A DNA stretch of 64,000 nt. It comes from Dendrobates tinctorius. Its lineage: Eukaryota. Where the stretch lies: assembly GCF_039654945.1 (NCBI RefSeq), contig NW_027361754.1:8928001-8992000 (forward strand), written 5' to 3'. The position numbers and the translations under genes are program-made. Positions 38,101 through 50,998 of the stretch are shown here, piece after piece. Positions within the stretch are counted from its first letter, which is position 1. Each line of letters opens with the position of its first letter. Below the pieces are notes generated by a model. It was given only the letters and a program-made list of their open reading frames with translations, was not told the DNA's origin and searched no databases.

Positions 38101-38848
38101 GTAAAGTCAGAATGCCTCCTCACTTATATTGTGGGTGACGGAAACAGTGTTGTACAGGAACAGCAAAACCTGACATGCCTAATACCTCATTCACATGGTG
38201 CATTTTTATTTTTTCTGCCATTAAAAAAACAAATGTGCGGTATTTCATCTTCTACTTTCCAGCCATGTCCTGTGACTCTCATGGAGAGGAGAAAAAATAA
38301 ACTAAAGAGTCAAGTCCCTTTTTAAGGCCCTCTTCACATGTATGTGTGTTGCATACTATTATTTTTACATTGCAAAGTATAGCAGATACTTTATAACATT
38401 ATTATTTATTTTTTTTTTTTTTCTTTATGCATGCCAGATAAACCCTGACTCCAGTTTCATACAGACATGTGAAGGGGCTGAAGATGTACTACTTGTCCTG
38501 ATTGTATACTGGATGTATTAAATCCACTGTGATCCATGGTCAGTTTCACTACTGGCCAGCAGGGGGCATCCCATCTCTAGTCTGGTGCCATCACTTCTTA
38601 CCTGAATTTGGAGAAACTTTCCAATCCTATCTCTTCTCTGTGACAGGGTTTCATTCAAAATTCTGTTCTGGCTTGCATATGTCATAAGGTGGTGTAAGGG
38701 GGCTACGGGATCAGGTGAAAGTCTAGCACTGCAGGTAGAACACCAAAGCTTTAGGGAATTGGGTAGAGCACTTATTTCCAGCCATATCTCAAAAGTAGAT
38801 TAGTAGGAAGGGGCAGCTGCTTAATGTAACTTGTATTTCTTTCCCCAG

Positions 38849-38950
38849 AGTCTGGTTACCTTGGACAATGGGCGTCTCACTTGTGTTCAGAAGGGAGAAA
38901 AGAAGAATCGAGGGTGGACACACTGGATCAATGGTGATGACCTACATTTG
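38849..38950 (+). CDS. RBP7: RBP7 exon 3
   Basis: SLVTLDNGRLTCVQKGEKKNRGWTHWINGDDLHL, 102 nt. Confidence 0.97.
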
Positions 38951-39580
38951 GTATGTATTGCCTACTGGTGCATCCAGATAAATGATGGTGATGACACTGC
39001 CAGGATAAAATGGGACCATTCGCCAAAAAAAATCCTACTCTTCTATAATAAAATATATCACTTTATGGAGCTGCCCATACTGATCTCCCTGGTTCATGGC
39101 TATAACAGAAGTCCAAAAATTGCTGTGACTTTACAAAGCAGGGGTATTATGGCTGTTTTTCTTTCTTCTATAACTACATTTTGGGTAACTCTTACTACCT
39201 GACTATTGCATTGTGATCAGCCTTGGGGTTCATATTGTCTGAGCTCCCTCTGCTGCATAGCTGCGCACCGATGTGAAATGCCAAGACACCATGCTGGTGG
39301 ACGGGGAGGGACGGTGGCAGCTGATGCACGTGCTGCTGGGTAGATTTGCCCCTCATAAGCTTGATGGTGGCTTCATGGTGCAGCAGGCACCCCGAAATGT
39401 ATTAGTGCCTTCCACCTGCAGAATCACATGTACATGTCATTATTGGTGGAGGAGAGAAATTGCTATAAAAAGGACGTATTTGGAGATGCAAAAGCGACTC
39501 CTCAGTAATAGTATATGGGTCTATTATGTACACTTTGGGTTAAATTGCAATTCAAGGGGTTCATCTTATTACATCTTTTA

Positions 39581-40552
39581 GGGTATGTTTCCACTTTCTG
39601 GATTACATCCGGATTAGCTGCGGGTTGAAGGCTGCATCTTGCCGCAGGGTTCAGATGTTACAGCATAGTGGACAGGATTTTATGAAATTCCGTCTCCACT
39701 ATGCATCCTAATACGCAGGTGACGCGCCCCCCTGAAACCGGACACGCGTTGTCTTTAGACAGCAGCATGTCTTGTCTGTTTACCTTGTGGAGACGTTCAA
39801 TGGGCACATCTGGAACCACCGCGTGTACAACAGGTGGCGGCGCTGTGTTTCCGCTCCATCCAAAGGGCAGGCAATGCGCTTAGTGGAAACTCGCCCTTAA
39901 GCTATGTGCACACGTAGTTTTAGGTGTGGCGGATTTTTCTGCGCGGATTTAGAAAATTCCGCAGGTAAATTCTCAGGTCAAAAGACCTGCGGTTTCACAC
40001 CTCTACAATGGAGAAGGTGTGAAACCGCTGCGGATTCCGCACAAAGAATTGACATGCTGCGGATTTGAACCCTCAGCAAATCCGCGTGGAAAAATCCGCA
40101 GCATGTGCACAGCGTTCTCAGTTTACCACTGAAAACAATGGTACTGTACAACACATCTAAATCTGATGCGGACCCGCAGAGCCTGAAACGCAGCAGAATC
40201 AGCAACGTGTGCACATGGCCTTAAGGTACTGTCACACTTAGCGATGTACCAGTGATCCCGACCAGCGATATGACGCTGTCAGGATCGCTAAGTGGTCGTA
40301 GTGAGCTGCAACATCGCTGGGGACAGGGGTCGCTACTTACCTGTCACACTAGGCTATCCTGACGTCCGCCCGGCTCCACGCTTGTCTCTCCACAGGAAGC
40401 TGACGATGAGAAGCTGTCCTGAATGTTCTCGCGCGATCAGCAATAACCAGCGGGGGAGCGGGTTGTTGGTAAGTATCAGACACAGCGATATCGCTATAAC
40501 GTCACAAGTTATAGTGATATTGCTAGCGATATCGCTTAGTGTGACAGTACCT
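39581..40552. mobile_element. Three abutting MITEs (39581-39896, 39900-40220, 40224-40552)
   Basis: Three separate TIR pairs joined through shared TTA(A). Confidence 0.85.
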
Positions 40553-40940
40553 TTAGACTACTAAAAGAATGTGGTCCTGAAAGTTGTCGGCAGGAGGTCT
40601 TATGGGGGGCGGAGGGGGCACTCTCTATTACAGTATCAGAGCTAAGGATTAGATTTTACACCCTCTCCCCCTCCAGAGAAACCCCCATAGCTGAAGCTGA
40701 CCAGTGCTGCCAATTTTTCTTTCACCCATTGAAACACAAACTAACTTTGGCATTGTGATAACTTCTGCAGCGGATAATACCACATGCCCATAACCCTTAC
40801 ATGCCAGCCATGTAATACCTGGCAATGCCATCTCCTCTCAAAGGCAAAGTATAGCCGGCAAAACCTACAGGACCAATCGACTTCTATGATAAAACAAAAA
40901 AATACAATGTCTTGGGCTTTAATTTGTTTCCATCCTGCAG

Positions 40941-41003
40941 GAACTAAGCTGTGAAGATCAGGTGTGTAAGCAAGTGTACAGAAGAGCGGAGGAGGCTGGC
41001 TGA
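40941..41003 (+). CDS. RBP7: RBP7 exon 4
   Basis: ELSCEDQVCKQVYRRAEEAG*, acceptor CCTGCAG, AATAAA at 41048. Total 139 aa. Confidence 0.95.
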   Translation, partial: ELSCEDQVCKQVYRRAEEAG

Positions 41004-42494
41004 AGACCCCCCACGCCATCGATTCTGGATAGTAGACGTATCTATGCAATAAATGTTCTGTATATTTATATTTCTTGCTCATTTCCTGACTCTGTATGAC
41101 ACTTGTAGTGATTATAAATATTCACAAAAGGATTTTTTTTTTTTTTTTTTTAAAGTTGCCTATTAAAGCATTTGGGAATCTGAAATAACTGAGTAATTTT
41201 GTTAATGCAGAGTCTTCTGTCAGAGTATGGAGGGGGCTGTGGTTTAATTCCATGTTTTACCCCTGTTTGTGGATAGTTAGGTGGTATGCATATGCACTCT
41301 GGTGGGGTGTGTCCCGTCAAGGCGCCGTCTCCCCTATTCTGGGCCCCTTCCAAGTATAACATACTCAACCAGAACAGATCAACTTTTGTCGCTTCTCTGC
41401 ACAAATGCCTCTTCTGTGATGTGACGTATAAATAAGAAATTTCTCTATATAATATATATATATATATATATATAGTTTGGTGGTTTTTTTTTTGTTTTTC
41501 TTTTGCTGCTGGATATAGGGCCCACTCTAAGAACTGCAAGTACAATGACTGATGCCTCTTCAGGTCACTATTGGAAACTTTATTGACCTGTGGTATTTGT
41601 TTCTGTTTGACCATCTCACTATTTGCATTGTACATAGCGGCGGTGAGTCAGCGGCACCAAGCTGATCATCTCCAGCCAGGAAGGTTTTACCTTGAAAGTA
41701 TCTTGCAGGTGCGATTAGATTCAGAATTTACAAGTGATGCAACTTTCGTGCCACCTTCTCAAAAAAAAAATCCCTGTAATATCCCAAAACTGCAACTTTT
41801 GTAAAATTCGTATCTTTTTCATATGCGACCAGCCAGGTAGACTAATGTGCATTTATTAGTCTCTGTGACAGTCACATAAGGTTTACTAAAACTGAATGGG
41901 CCCTTAGGTTGGTTTTGGGCATCAGTGGTCCAGTCTGTGTGTGGACGGTGATGGTATTGATCGTTTTCAGATAAGTCCTGATCAATAGCACCAACACCCC
42001 GGCAATAAAGACAAAATGGCCATTGCAACCTAGTATTTTAATATTCTTCCAGTTGGAGCAGAAAACTCCCTTTTTAGCACTTTCAGTCTTGTAGAATGTA
42101 GGCCTACAACAGGAATGTGCCAGTGCTCAACAAGCACAAATGATAACGCTCAGATGGTAAATCACGGCGGACTTTGCTCCTTCAGGCACATGGTGGGGGA
42201 GGTGGTGGCAGAAGTCCCTGGGGTGCAGGCCGTATGTCGCCTGTTAGTAATCTTCACTGCCTTCTATTAGTGTATATACATCTGTAGTCATCTGGTATAT
42301 ACTGTGGAATGTAGATGCTGGATTTATACTCTGCACAAAGTTGCTCATCTTCTAAGGAAGGCGATGACCTTGAATATTTTTTTTTTTTCCGAACTATTGC
42401 AGAAAGGCAGGTGGGTTTTTTTTTTTTTTTTTGTGAATTTTGCCAGGGATATCGTTGTCGGGATCGCTGGTAAGTCGCTATGTGTGACTCCGGC

Positions 42495-43420
42495 TTAAAA
42501 CTTAATATGGACAAAACAGAATTAATCATCTTTCCCCCATCTCACCTTACACCCCCCCACCCCAACGGATCTATCCATTAAAGTAAATGGCTGCGCAGTC
42601 TTTCCAGTCCCACAAGCTCGCTGCCTCGGGGTTATCCTTGACACTGATCTCTCTGTCAAACCACATATCCAAGCCCTTTCCACTTCCTGCCGACTTCAAC
42701 GCAAAAATATTTCACGGATCCGTACATTCCTCAACCAAGAATCTGCAAAACCCCTAGTCCATGCCCTCATCATCTCCAGCCTTGACTACTGCAACCTCCT
42801 GCTCTGTGACCTCCCCTCTAACACTCTCGCACCCCTCCAATCTATTCTAAACTCTGCTGCCAGACTAATCCCCCTGCCTCACCCCTCAGTCAATCCCTGC
42901 ACTGGCTCGCCATTACCCAAATACTCCAGTTCAAAACCCTAACCATGACATACAAAGCCATCCACAACCTGCGTCCTCCATACATCTGTGACCTTGTTTC
43001 CCGGTACTTACCTGCACGAAACCTCCGATCCTCACAAGATCTCCTTCTACACTCCCCTCTTATCTCCTCTTCCCACAATCGCATACAAGACTTCTCCCGC
43101 GCATCTCCCTTACTCTGGAACTCTCTACAACAACATATCAGACTCTCGCCTACCATGGAAACCTTCAAAAAGAACCTGAAAACCTACCTCTTCCGACAAG
43201 CCTACAACCTGCAGTAACCACTGATCCACCAACACGATGCACGACCAGCTCTACCCTCGCCTACTGTATCCTCACCCATCCCTTGTAGATTGTGAGCCCT
43301 CGTGGGCAGGGTCCTCTCTCCTGTACCAGTCGTGCCTTGTATTGTTTAAGATTACTGTACTTGTATGTATACCGCTCCTCACATTTAAAGCGCCATGGAA
43401 TAAAAGGCGCTATAATAATA
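42495..43420 (+). mobile_element. L2/CR1-clade LINE 3' fragment
   Basis: LKLNMDKTELII, LVHALIISSLDYCN, TYKAIHNL.PPYI coding remnants and the characteristic tail. Confidence 0.9.
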
Positions 43421-45769
43421 TATGCTTAACGTGTCCACAGTCTTCCTGACAATGGTGAGGCAAAGTGTGCACATGTGGTTTCAGAGGCATTAGATGCAGA
43501 TGACGGGCAAGGAGAGCAGAGCGTGGGTAAAGGGTGTGGACATGGTCGCCACACACTGCTGGGTAATGGGGTGGGGGGGTGTGACGTAACTGACAACTCT
43601 GACCCCCCCAATAAATGCTTCATGTATTTGTTTACTTTACCTGTGCTAATAATGTTCCCCTAAGTACACGTGATCACTGCTGCCAATCACTAGCCTCATC
43701 ACGTGTGACCATTGATTGGCTGCACGGTTAATGCGGATGTACATGACATCATGGCTCCAGGACAAGGACTGGAGGGAGGAGCACTGGAGCAGGACAAGAC
43801 AGATGAGCAATGGTTGGTATGTTTACTGCAGCTGCTTTATTTCCATGATCTCCCCTTTAAGGCTCATGTATGTGGCTGTGCACAGGAGTCATACTGCACT
43901 TCAACATGGAACAGTGTGGCCTCTTTTAAGTGGCTCACAGTAGCCGTCCTGGGCCCCTAAACATGTCCCGGTGTGGAGTGTACATAATGTATATTTATAT
44001 ATATCGCTGATGCGTATCGTATGCTGCTTCTCAATGTGTAAATATGTTTCTAAATATGTCTAATACAGGGAGAGAGTAATAATAGTATTGGACCAATAGA
44101 TGGAAATAGAGGGTATAACATAGGATTTAGGCTTAGCAATAGTGTAAATTGTTAACTGTAGGAGGGGTCACTGTGGTTAGAGGAATGGAGCTTCATGAAC
44201 AGAGGCAGAAGGGCGAGGGAACCCATAGAGCTTGGGTGGGCTATTAGCCTGGGCAACTGTAAGACCCCGTAATGTTGATACCAAGGAAGTGTCCAGGCAT
44301 CCATTGTATGGGGAACAGCACAGCTGCAGGGGTTACAGAGGTTGGAGCTACATGTGTGAAGCTGCAGAAATGGACAAGGCAGAACAGACGGGCGGGTCAC
44401 TCACCATGTGGCAGGTCTTAGCTTTGGCTGATGCCATCAGATCTGGGGTGAAACAGCTGAGGAACACCCGGTGGCAGTAAGTCTGGACAGGGAGGATGCC
44501 AAGAAAACGTACAGTGCGGTACAACCCAATCTCGAGTCGTGTGTCAGGGACAGAAGTGAAGGGAAAGCTGAAGTGACGTAATCTAAAACCTGCTGAAGAT
44601 GTTGTATTGAACCTAGATGTGCTGCGAAGTTATGAGAGTAAAGTTTTGCATTTTGAGTTACAACTGGACTGTGTGTCTGTTATTCCACAAACGGCCAATG
44701 GTGACCTTAGTGAGCAAAGGAAGAACCCTGACAGCGAAGAGAATGAAGAGGCAAGCAACCCGAAAGTGAAACGTGATTCTTATGTAAAGGGAGGCCAGGG
44801 CCTGGAAAGCCAGATAAGCTTTAGCCACGACTACTGTCCCGGCTGACCTCTACACGTGGCGTAGTGGGCAGGATGCCGCTACCTTGCACTGTGGAGGAAC
44901 CGCAAAGAAAGATGATGATTTGAATGTAACAGATGTGACCATAGAGAAAAAAAAATGAAGATTTTGTGAATGTTACTGAAATGCCTAATAAAAGTCGGCA
45001 TTGAGCGGATGACATTCATCCACTCAATGCCAACTTTTATTCCCCATTGACTTACATTGGGGTCGGGTTTCGGACGAAACGCCGACTTTTTTTGCCCTAG
45101 TCAGACCAGTTTCATCCGACTCAAATTTTGTTTCAGTCGGGTTTCACGAAACCCGATCCGACCAAAGTCGCTCAACTCTACTTAGGACTATTCTGCGTCC
45201 TCACAGGCAAGGGAGCCCTGTTGTGCTCCAGAGACTGGAGCAATTGCGGCCTAAAGAGAACGGTGAATTGTTATGTTTTTTTCGTTGCGCCCCTTCTGCT
45301 GAATAGCAAGATTGGACCTTGAAGGAATAATGGGTCCATGGACTGATGGACCGGGTGCGGAGGCCACAACGGAGGGTGCTCTAGGGCCAGGCAGCTCGCC
45401 CATGGGAGGGGGACGCCACACTTAGGGACAGAGTACCCACAGGTACAAGCTTGAGGTGATGGACTGACGGTGCCAACGGAAGAACTTTTTCTGGGCTCCT
45501 GCTTGTATATAGCGTCAACCCAACAAGAAGGATCACCCGTGTGCACGTGGGTGATTCTTGGACTACTGCCCTGGCTGACCTCTACACTCTCTGCTCTGCA
45601 TACTACAGCAATGACTATATCTACACTGAGTTCTTGGCAGAAAATGGCTGTTACCCCCCAACACTGTATTTAGGCCCCGAACAGGAAGGACTAGGCCTGG
45701 TTGCCATGGACACCCGACTCTTCCCCTGTTGCCAGGCGGCCCCCCTTTCTCTGCCCTATCTGCGGTCTC

Positions 45770-46170
45770 ACATTGGCCACACCCCTATAAGCACATTCCC
45801 CGCCTCTCTAGCTCGCTGATTGGCCACCTCTTACATTCGGTGGGTGGGGTCTACTGATGTCACATGAGCTTCCTCGCAAGATGGCCGCCCGGTTGTTTTG
45901 ATGAATAATCGTGTGTGAAGCGGCGCCGCTCCCGGTGTACAGGCCCCGCCCCCGTGTCCCCGGTCTGCTCGCGTTACCTCACGGCGTTTGAGCGGAAGGA
46001 GCGTAGTGTGCGGCGGCGCAGAGAGCGGCTCCTCTCCTCATCCACCATCATTCTCTCCAGACTCTGCCGGAGACAATGCAGCCCTGAAGCCGGAGGCCCC
46101 CGGCCCTGCCACCCCCTCCTCCTGCCCCTCACACGGAGCCCACAACTCTGCCACCATTAAAAGGAAAATC
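45770..46170 (+). promoter_or_regulatory. UBE4B CpG-rich promoter and 5' UTR
   Basis: Inverted CCAAT (ATTGG) boxes, YY1-like CAAGATGGCCG at 45877, GC box GGCCCCGCCCCC at 45942. Confidence 0.8.
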
Positions 46171-46194
46171 ATGGAGGAGCTGAGCGCTGACGAG
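46171..46194 (+). CDS. UBE4B: Ubiquitin conjugation factor E4 B, exon 1 (MEELSADE); rest of the gene lies beyond the window
   Basis: Matches the known UBE4B N-terminus. Strong Kozak context, donor GAG|GTGAGA, syntenic after RBP7. Confidence 0.92.
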
Positions 46195-46320
46195 GTGAGA
46201 AGACCACCAGGTTGTGTGTGTCAGTCATGCACAGTCCTGGGCTGAGGTGTAATATATACATATATGTCCTGGGCCTGAGCGTAATATGTGTGTGTATATA
46301 ATGTCATGTACAGACCTGGG

Positions 46321-46598
46321 CAGTGTCGGACTGGGTGCCAAGGGCCCACCAGTAACAATGGCTTTGGGGGCCCATTTTCACCTGTATACAAATATTACAT
46401 TGCCCTCATTCACAAATGTACCTATATCTCTATATAATAATAAACTGGGTAGTTTGGTTAGTGAATGATGAGATGCTTTTTTTTCTGAATCAAGTGAATT
46501 ATGACAAGTACTATCCATATAGTGGGGTTGGGGGCCCAGATCTGCCCACGGCTCCACCAGGGGATTCTCCTGTTACCCTGTGGGCCAATCCGAGCCTG
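46321..46598. mobile_element. hAT-type non-autonomous element
   Basis: CAGTGTCGGACTGG / CCAATCCGAGCCTG ends with a perfect 8-bp TSD GACCTGGG. Confidence 0.88.
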
Positions 46599-47327
46599 GA
46601 CCTGGGCTGAGGTGTAATATATATACATATAATGTCCTGGGCCGGAGTGTAATATGTGTTATACAGTCCTGGGCTGAGGTGTAATAGATACGTATAATGT
46701 CTTGGGCCGGAGCTTAATGTGTGTGTACAAAAGGTAGTTTACAAAAGGAGTGAGGACCATGCTTGCAAGCTATGTCCTATGATATATTAGTGTGCTAGAC
46801 TGTTACTGTATTGTAATATAGGATGATATAGGACTAGACTAATAGCACAGTATATTATAGTCTATAAGCTACTAGACTATAAGTGTATATAAAATTATAG
46901 TTGTAGACTAACATGAAATGCTGTAATATATGTAATATGGTGCATAGGGTGTCATATATGATATAATGCTGTACTGTAATCTGATGCTGGTCTGTAATAT
47001 GCTATAATAGATCTAAGCCCCTGTGCGCTTATAAATGGTGTCCTGATACAGATTTAGTGGCAGGACATAGCATCTCTGCCTCAGTTGGGTTTACCCCCCC
47101 CCCCCCCCCACACACACACACCATTTTATACATTTTTTCTAACATTTGTAGGCTAGGAAAAGCTTTAAAAATACCTATTATACTGTATATAAAACACTTT
47201 TATCCTTTTTGCTTTTGGAAAAGGTGGATGACCAACAACATGGCTGCTGCCAGTGAAGGGTTATCACCCAGCTTTCCTGAAGGGTGCTTATTGCCTTGTT
47301 TCTATGGTATACTGCTCCTTTCCTTTA

Positions 47328-47777
47328 GGCCAGTTTCACACGTCAGTGTCTCCGGTACGTGTAGTGACAGTTTTCTCACGTACCGGAGACACTGACTCAC
47401 GTAGCCACATTCTCATGAATGTGTCTATGCAGATGTCAGCATGTTTTCACGGACCATGTGTCCGTGTGCAAAACACGCTGACATGTCTGTTTTTGTGCAA
47501 CAGCACGGATCACACGGACCCATACAAGTCAATGGGTCCGTGTAAACACGTACCGCACACGGACGCTGTCCGTGTGCGTTTTTAAAAGTCAAAGGGTTAA
47601 CATTAAAAATAATTTTTCAAAAACACGGACAGCATACGGACAGCACACAGATGGTACACACGGACATATGGATAGCACACGGATGTCACACGGATGACCT
47701 CCGTATGCACATGGACACGGATACCTCCGGTACTGGTTTTTCCGGTACCGGAATTATCTGGACGTGTGAAACTGCCC
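47328..47777. mobile_element. Harbinger-like MITE, same family as 35334-35787, inverted
   Basis: TTA TSD on both sides and high similarity to the reverse complement of 35334-35787. Confidence 0.9.
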
Positions 47778-47784
47778 TTATATA

Positions 47785-48590
47785 CAGTACCTTGATAGTT
47801 TTCATACCCTGTGGACCTTTCCACATTTTATTTCATGTTATACCCACAAACTTTACATTTATTTTATTGGGTTTTTATATGATAAGTAACTATTTGTGAA
47901 GTGTAAAGGAAAGGATACATGGTTTTCTAAATAATATATATATATTGTGGTGTACATTTATATTCAGTCGCCTGTAGTCTGTTAATCCTAAATAAAATCT
48001 TGAGTGACCAATTGGCTCCAGGAGTAAAATAGTTAGGAAATTGAGTCCACCTCGGTGTAATTTCTTCTCAGTATAACTGCAGGCCTCAGATGCTTGAGAA
48101 CATAAACTATCAAACAAAACACAATCATGAAAACCAAGGAACACACCAGACAGGTCACGGATAAAGTTTTGGAGAAGAGTAAAGCAGGGTGAGGTTATAT
48201 GAACAAAAAAAATAGCCCAAGCTCTGAATATCTCACAGTTCAGTGTTCAGTCCATCATCCAAAAATGGATTGAGTATGGCACAACTGCAAACCTACCAAG
48301 ACATGGCCGTCCACCTAACTTGACATACAAAGCAGGGAAAGCACTAACTAGAGAAGCAGCCAGGAGGCCCATGGTCACTGAAGGAGCTGCAGAGATCCAC
48401 AGCTCAGCGGGGTGAATCTGTCCACAGAGTAGCTATTAGTCGTATACTTCACAGATCTGCCTTTAGGGAAGAGGGGCAAGCAGAAAGACTTTTTTAAAGC
48501 AAACCACGAGGAGCTCCTTTTGCAAAAAGCCATGAATGGAACACAGAGCATGTGGAAGAAGGGGCTCTGGTCAGATGAGACCAAAGGGGA
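47785..48590 (+). mobile_element. Truncated, decayed Tc1 element
   Basis: TA-CAGTA terminus; MKTKEHTRQV and LWSDETK remnants. Confidence 0.8.
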
Positions 48591-48639
48591 TGACGTGTAT
48601 AGTTGTGTGTCATCAGCATAAAGATAGTACTAAAAGCCA

Positions 48640-49620
48640 AATCTGCTGATAGTCTGTCCAGTTGGGGCCATGTAAAGAGAGAAGAGAAGGGGGCCAAGGA
48701 CTGAGCCCTGAGGTTACCCCAACAGCGAGAGGAAGAGGAGATGACGTGGAGCCAGTGAGCAAAACACTGAAGGAGCGGTCAGAAAGCTAGGAAGAGAGCC
48801 AGGAGAGAGCAGTGTCCTTAATGCCTAGTGACTGGAGCCTAGATAGTAGGAGACGGTGGTCAACAGTGTCGAAAGCTGCAGAAAGGTCGAGAAGAATGAG
48901 CAGAGAGTGGTCACCGTTAAGTTTTGCTGTCAGAAGGTCATTGGTAAGGCTGGTTTTACATTTGCATATGGAGGAGCTGCATCGGGATGTGGACTTCCTC
49001 CATGAAGCTCCGCCCATGGCCACACCTCCAGTCAGCTCTTGCTCCGTCGGCATGCGGCCTGTGTACCCTATCTTTAGGGAAGGGAAACTTTTTTTTCCAA
49101 ATGTTAAGTACAAGCTTCTGGTTTATATGCACTTTCCATGACCAGTAGATGACCTGGTCACCAGAGGCATCCGCATGCATCAGCACGGCCTGCGTACCCA
49201 ATGCTAAAGATAGGGTACGCAGGCCGCATGCTTACAGAGGCGGAGCTGACGGAGGAGGTGCGGCAGTGGGCGGAGCTTCACAGAGGAAGTCCGCTTCCCT
49301 CTGCAGCTCCTCCTTACACAAATGTGAAACAAGTCTAACTTTGAGTGTAGTTTCAGTCGAATGTAGGGGTGGAAGCCGGACTGTGAAGTTTATAGGAGGG
49401 AGTGAGTGGAGAGATGAAGGGGAGACTGGTCTGTAGTTGTTTGTGCAGGATGGGTCGAAAGCGGGTTTCTTTAGTAATGGAGTAACGATAGTGTTTGAAG
49501 GAGGATGGTAAAAAGCCCGAGGAGAGGGAGAGATTAAAGATTATAGTTAGGTGAGTTGTGACGACTGGAGGAGATGTGAGGGAATGGGGTCGGTAGTGCA
49601 TGTAGTCGGACGAGAAGAAG
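48640..49620 (-). mobile_element. L2 LINE RT-domain fragment interrupted by a Harbinger-like MITE (48948-49335, TAA TSD)
   Basis: SGFHPLHSTET..KV|TNDLL...[12 protein letters not shown] is split exactly at the TAA duplication. Confidence 0.88.
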
Positions 49621-50998
49621 AGATTCAATTACAATTGAATGAATCGCATCATTATTTGGTTAGCAGATGACCCGGGAGGACCTGTGGTGTTATTAGTGAC
49701 CATGTGATTTCAGTCACGTGCCCACCTTTAGCAGAACAGGTCCTGGCTCTTGGCGCTGACTCCAGAGCTGGATCTCCTCCACATTATGCCTATCTGGTGA
49801 CCAGGTCATCTACTGATCATGGAAAGTGCATATAATACCAGAAGCTTGTACTTAACATTTGGAAAAAAAAGTTTCCCTTCCCAGTTGGAAAACTAAAACT
49901 CACAGCATGTCCTGAGAGCCACAGATTGCTGTCTCAATTTTCCCTTCCCCATGACAGCACCGCAGACATGAGAGATGGTATCCGCCCCCAGGAAACCTGT
50001 AGCAGAGACATAAGAAGGGGGCGGCACCTCTCTCCTCAGTTTGGTTTCCTGTTTCCCGCAGGCGGATGCCAGGGGGGCAGAGTCCGTACCTCCGGAGGGA
50101 TCTCCCTCTGATATCAGCCAGTCAGGAGGCCGAGGTCCGCGAGGAGAGGATGGCAGCGGGGCACGGTGGCGTGCGCCTATCGGCCCAGCTCGGTGGGCGC
50201 TGTGAATGATGTCCTCCTCGTGAGACTCCCCGGCGGCCGCTCCAGTGGGAGGCTGGGTCGGGGGAGGCGTGGCCACCATGACGCAGGCTGTGACGTCACA
50301 CGCCGGGGGAGCGGTGTACTGGGCACTTCCGGGAGGGAGCAGTCCCAGAAGCGCACACCGCTCCTCCATAAAAAGGGAAGCAAGGCAGGTGCCACCGGTT
50401 CCTGAGAAGCTGCATACAGGCTCCAGAATAGCAGAGCCAGATCAGCAGCAGAGCGCAGATGGATGCTGAAGGCGAGATGCGCGCGCAGGAGGAAGAGCCA
50501 CAGGCCACCGGGGTACCCAGAGGGCCGGGTGAGTGCCTTGGTAAGACAACACATTATATTAACAACTGCCCTTTGTATGTCTTCCTTAGGGAAAGGCCAC
50601 ATCAAAACAAAAGAACAAGGTGTGTGCATTATGCAAAAAGGCCCTAGCTAAAACTTATGAGAAGCGACTTTCGCTCATGCATTAAAAGTGGCCGAAGAGT
50701 CACCATCCCTATTCCAGAGCATTAAAACTATGATCCGGGATCAAGTAAAGTCGACAATCAAAGATGAATTGAAGGAGCAGACTACACTTAGCTCCGATGT
50801 AACACTCGCTTCACCCCCGGCCCCACCTCCTCCTCTTCCTCCCACAGAAATACAGTAACTACCGACATAGAGTCTGAGGAAGAGCAAGGAGAGATAGGGC
50901 CCTCACACTCGGACCTGGATTCCTCGGACGAGGAAAAGGGTCGTCCATATTTCCTACCTGAGGACATTGGGAAATTACTAAAACTTGTAAGGTCCACA

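Noticed and set aside
43990-45680. Possible LTR and hAT fragments upstream of UBE4B
   Set aside because: No paired termini or TSD could be defined
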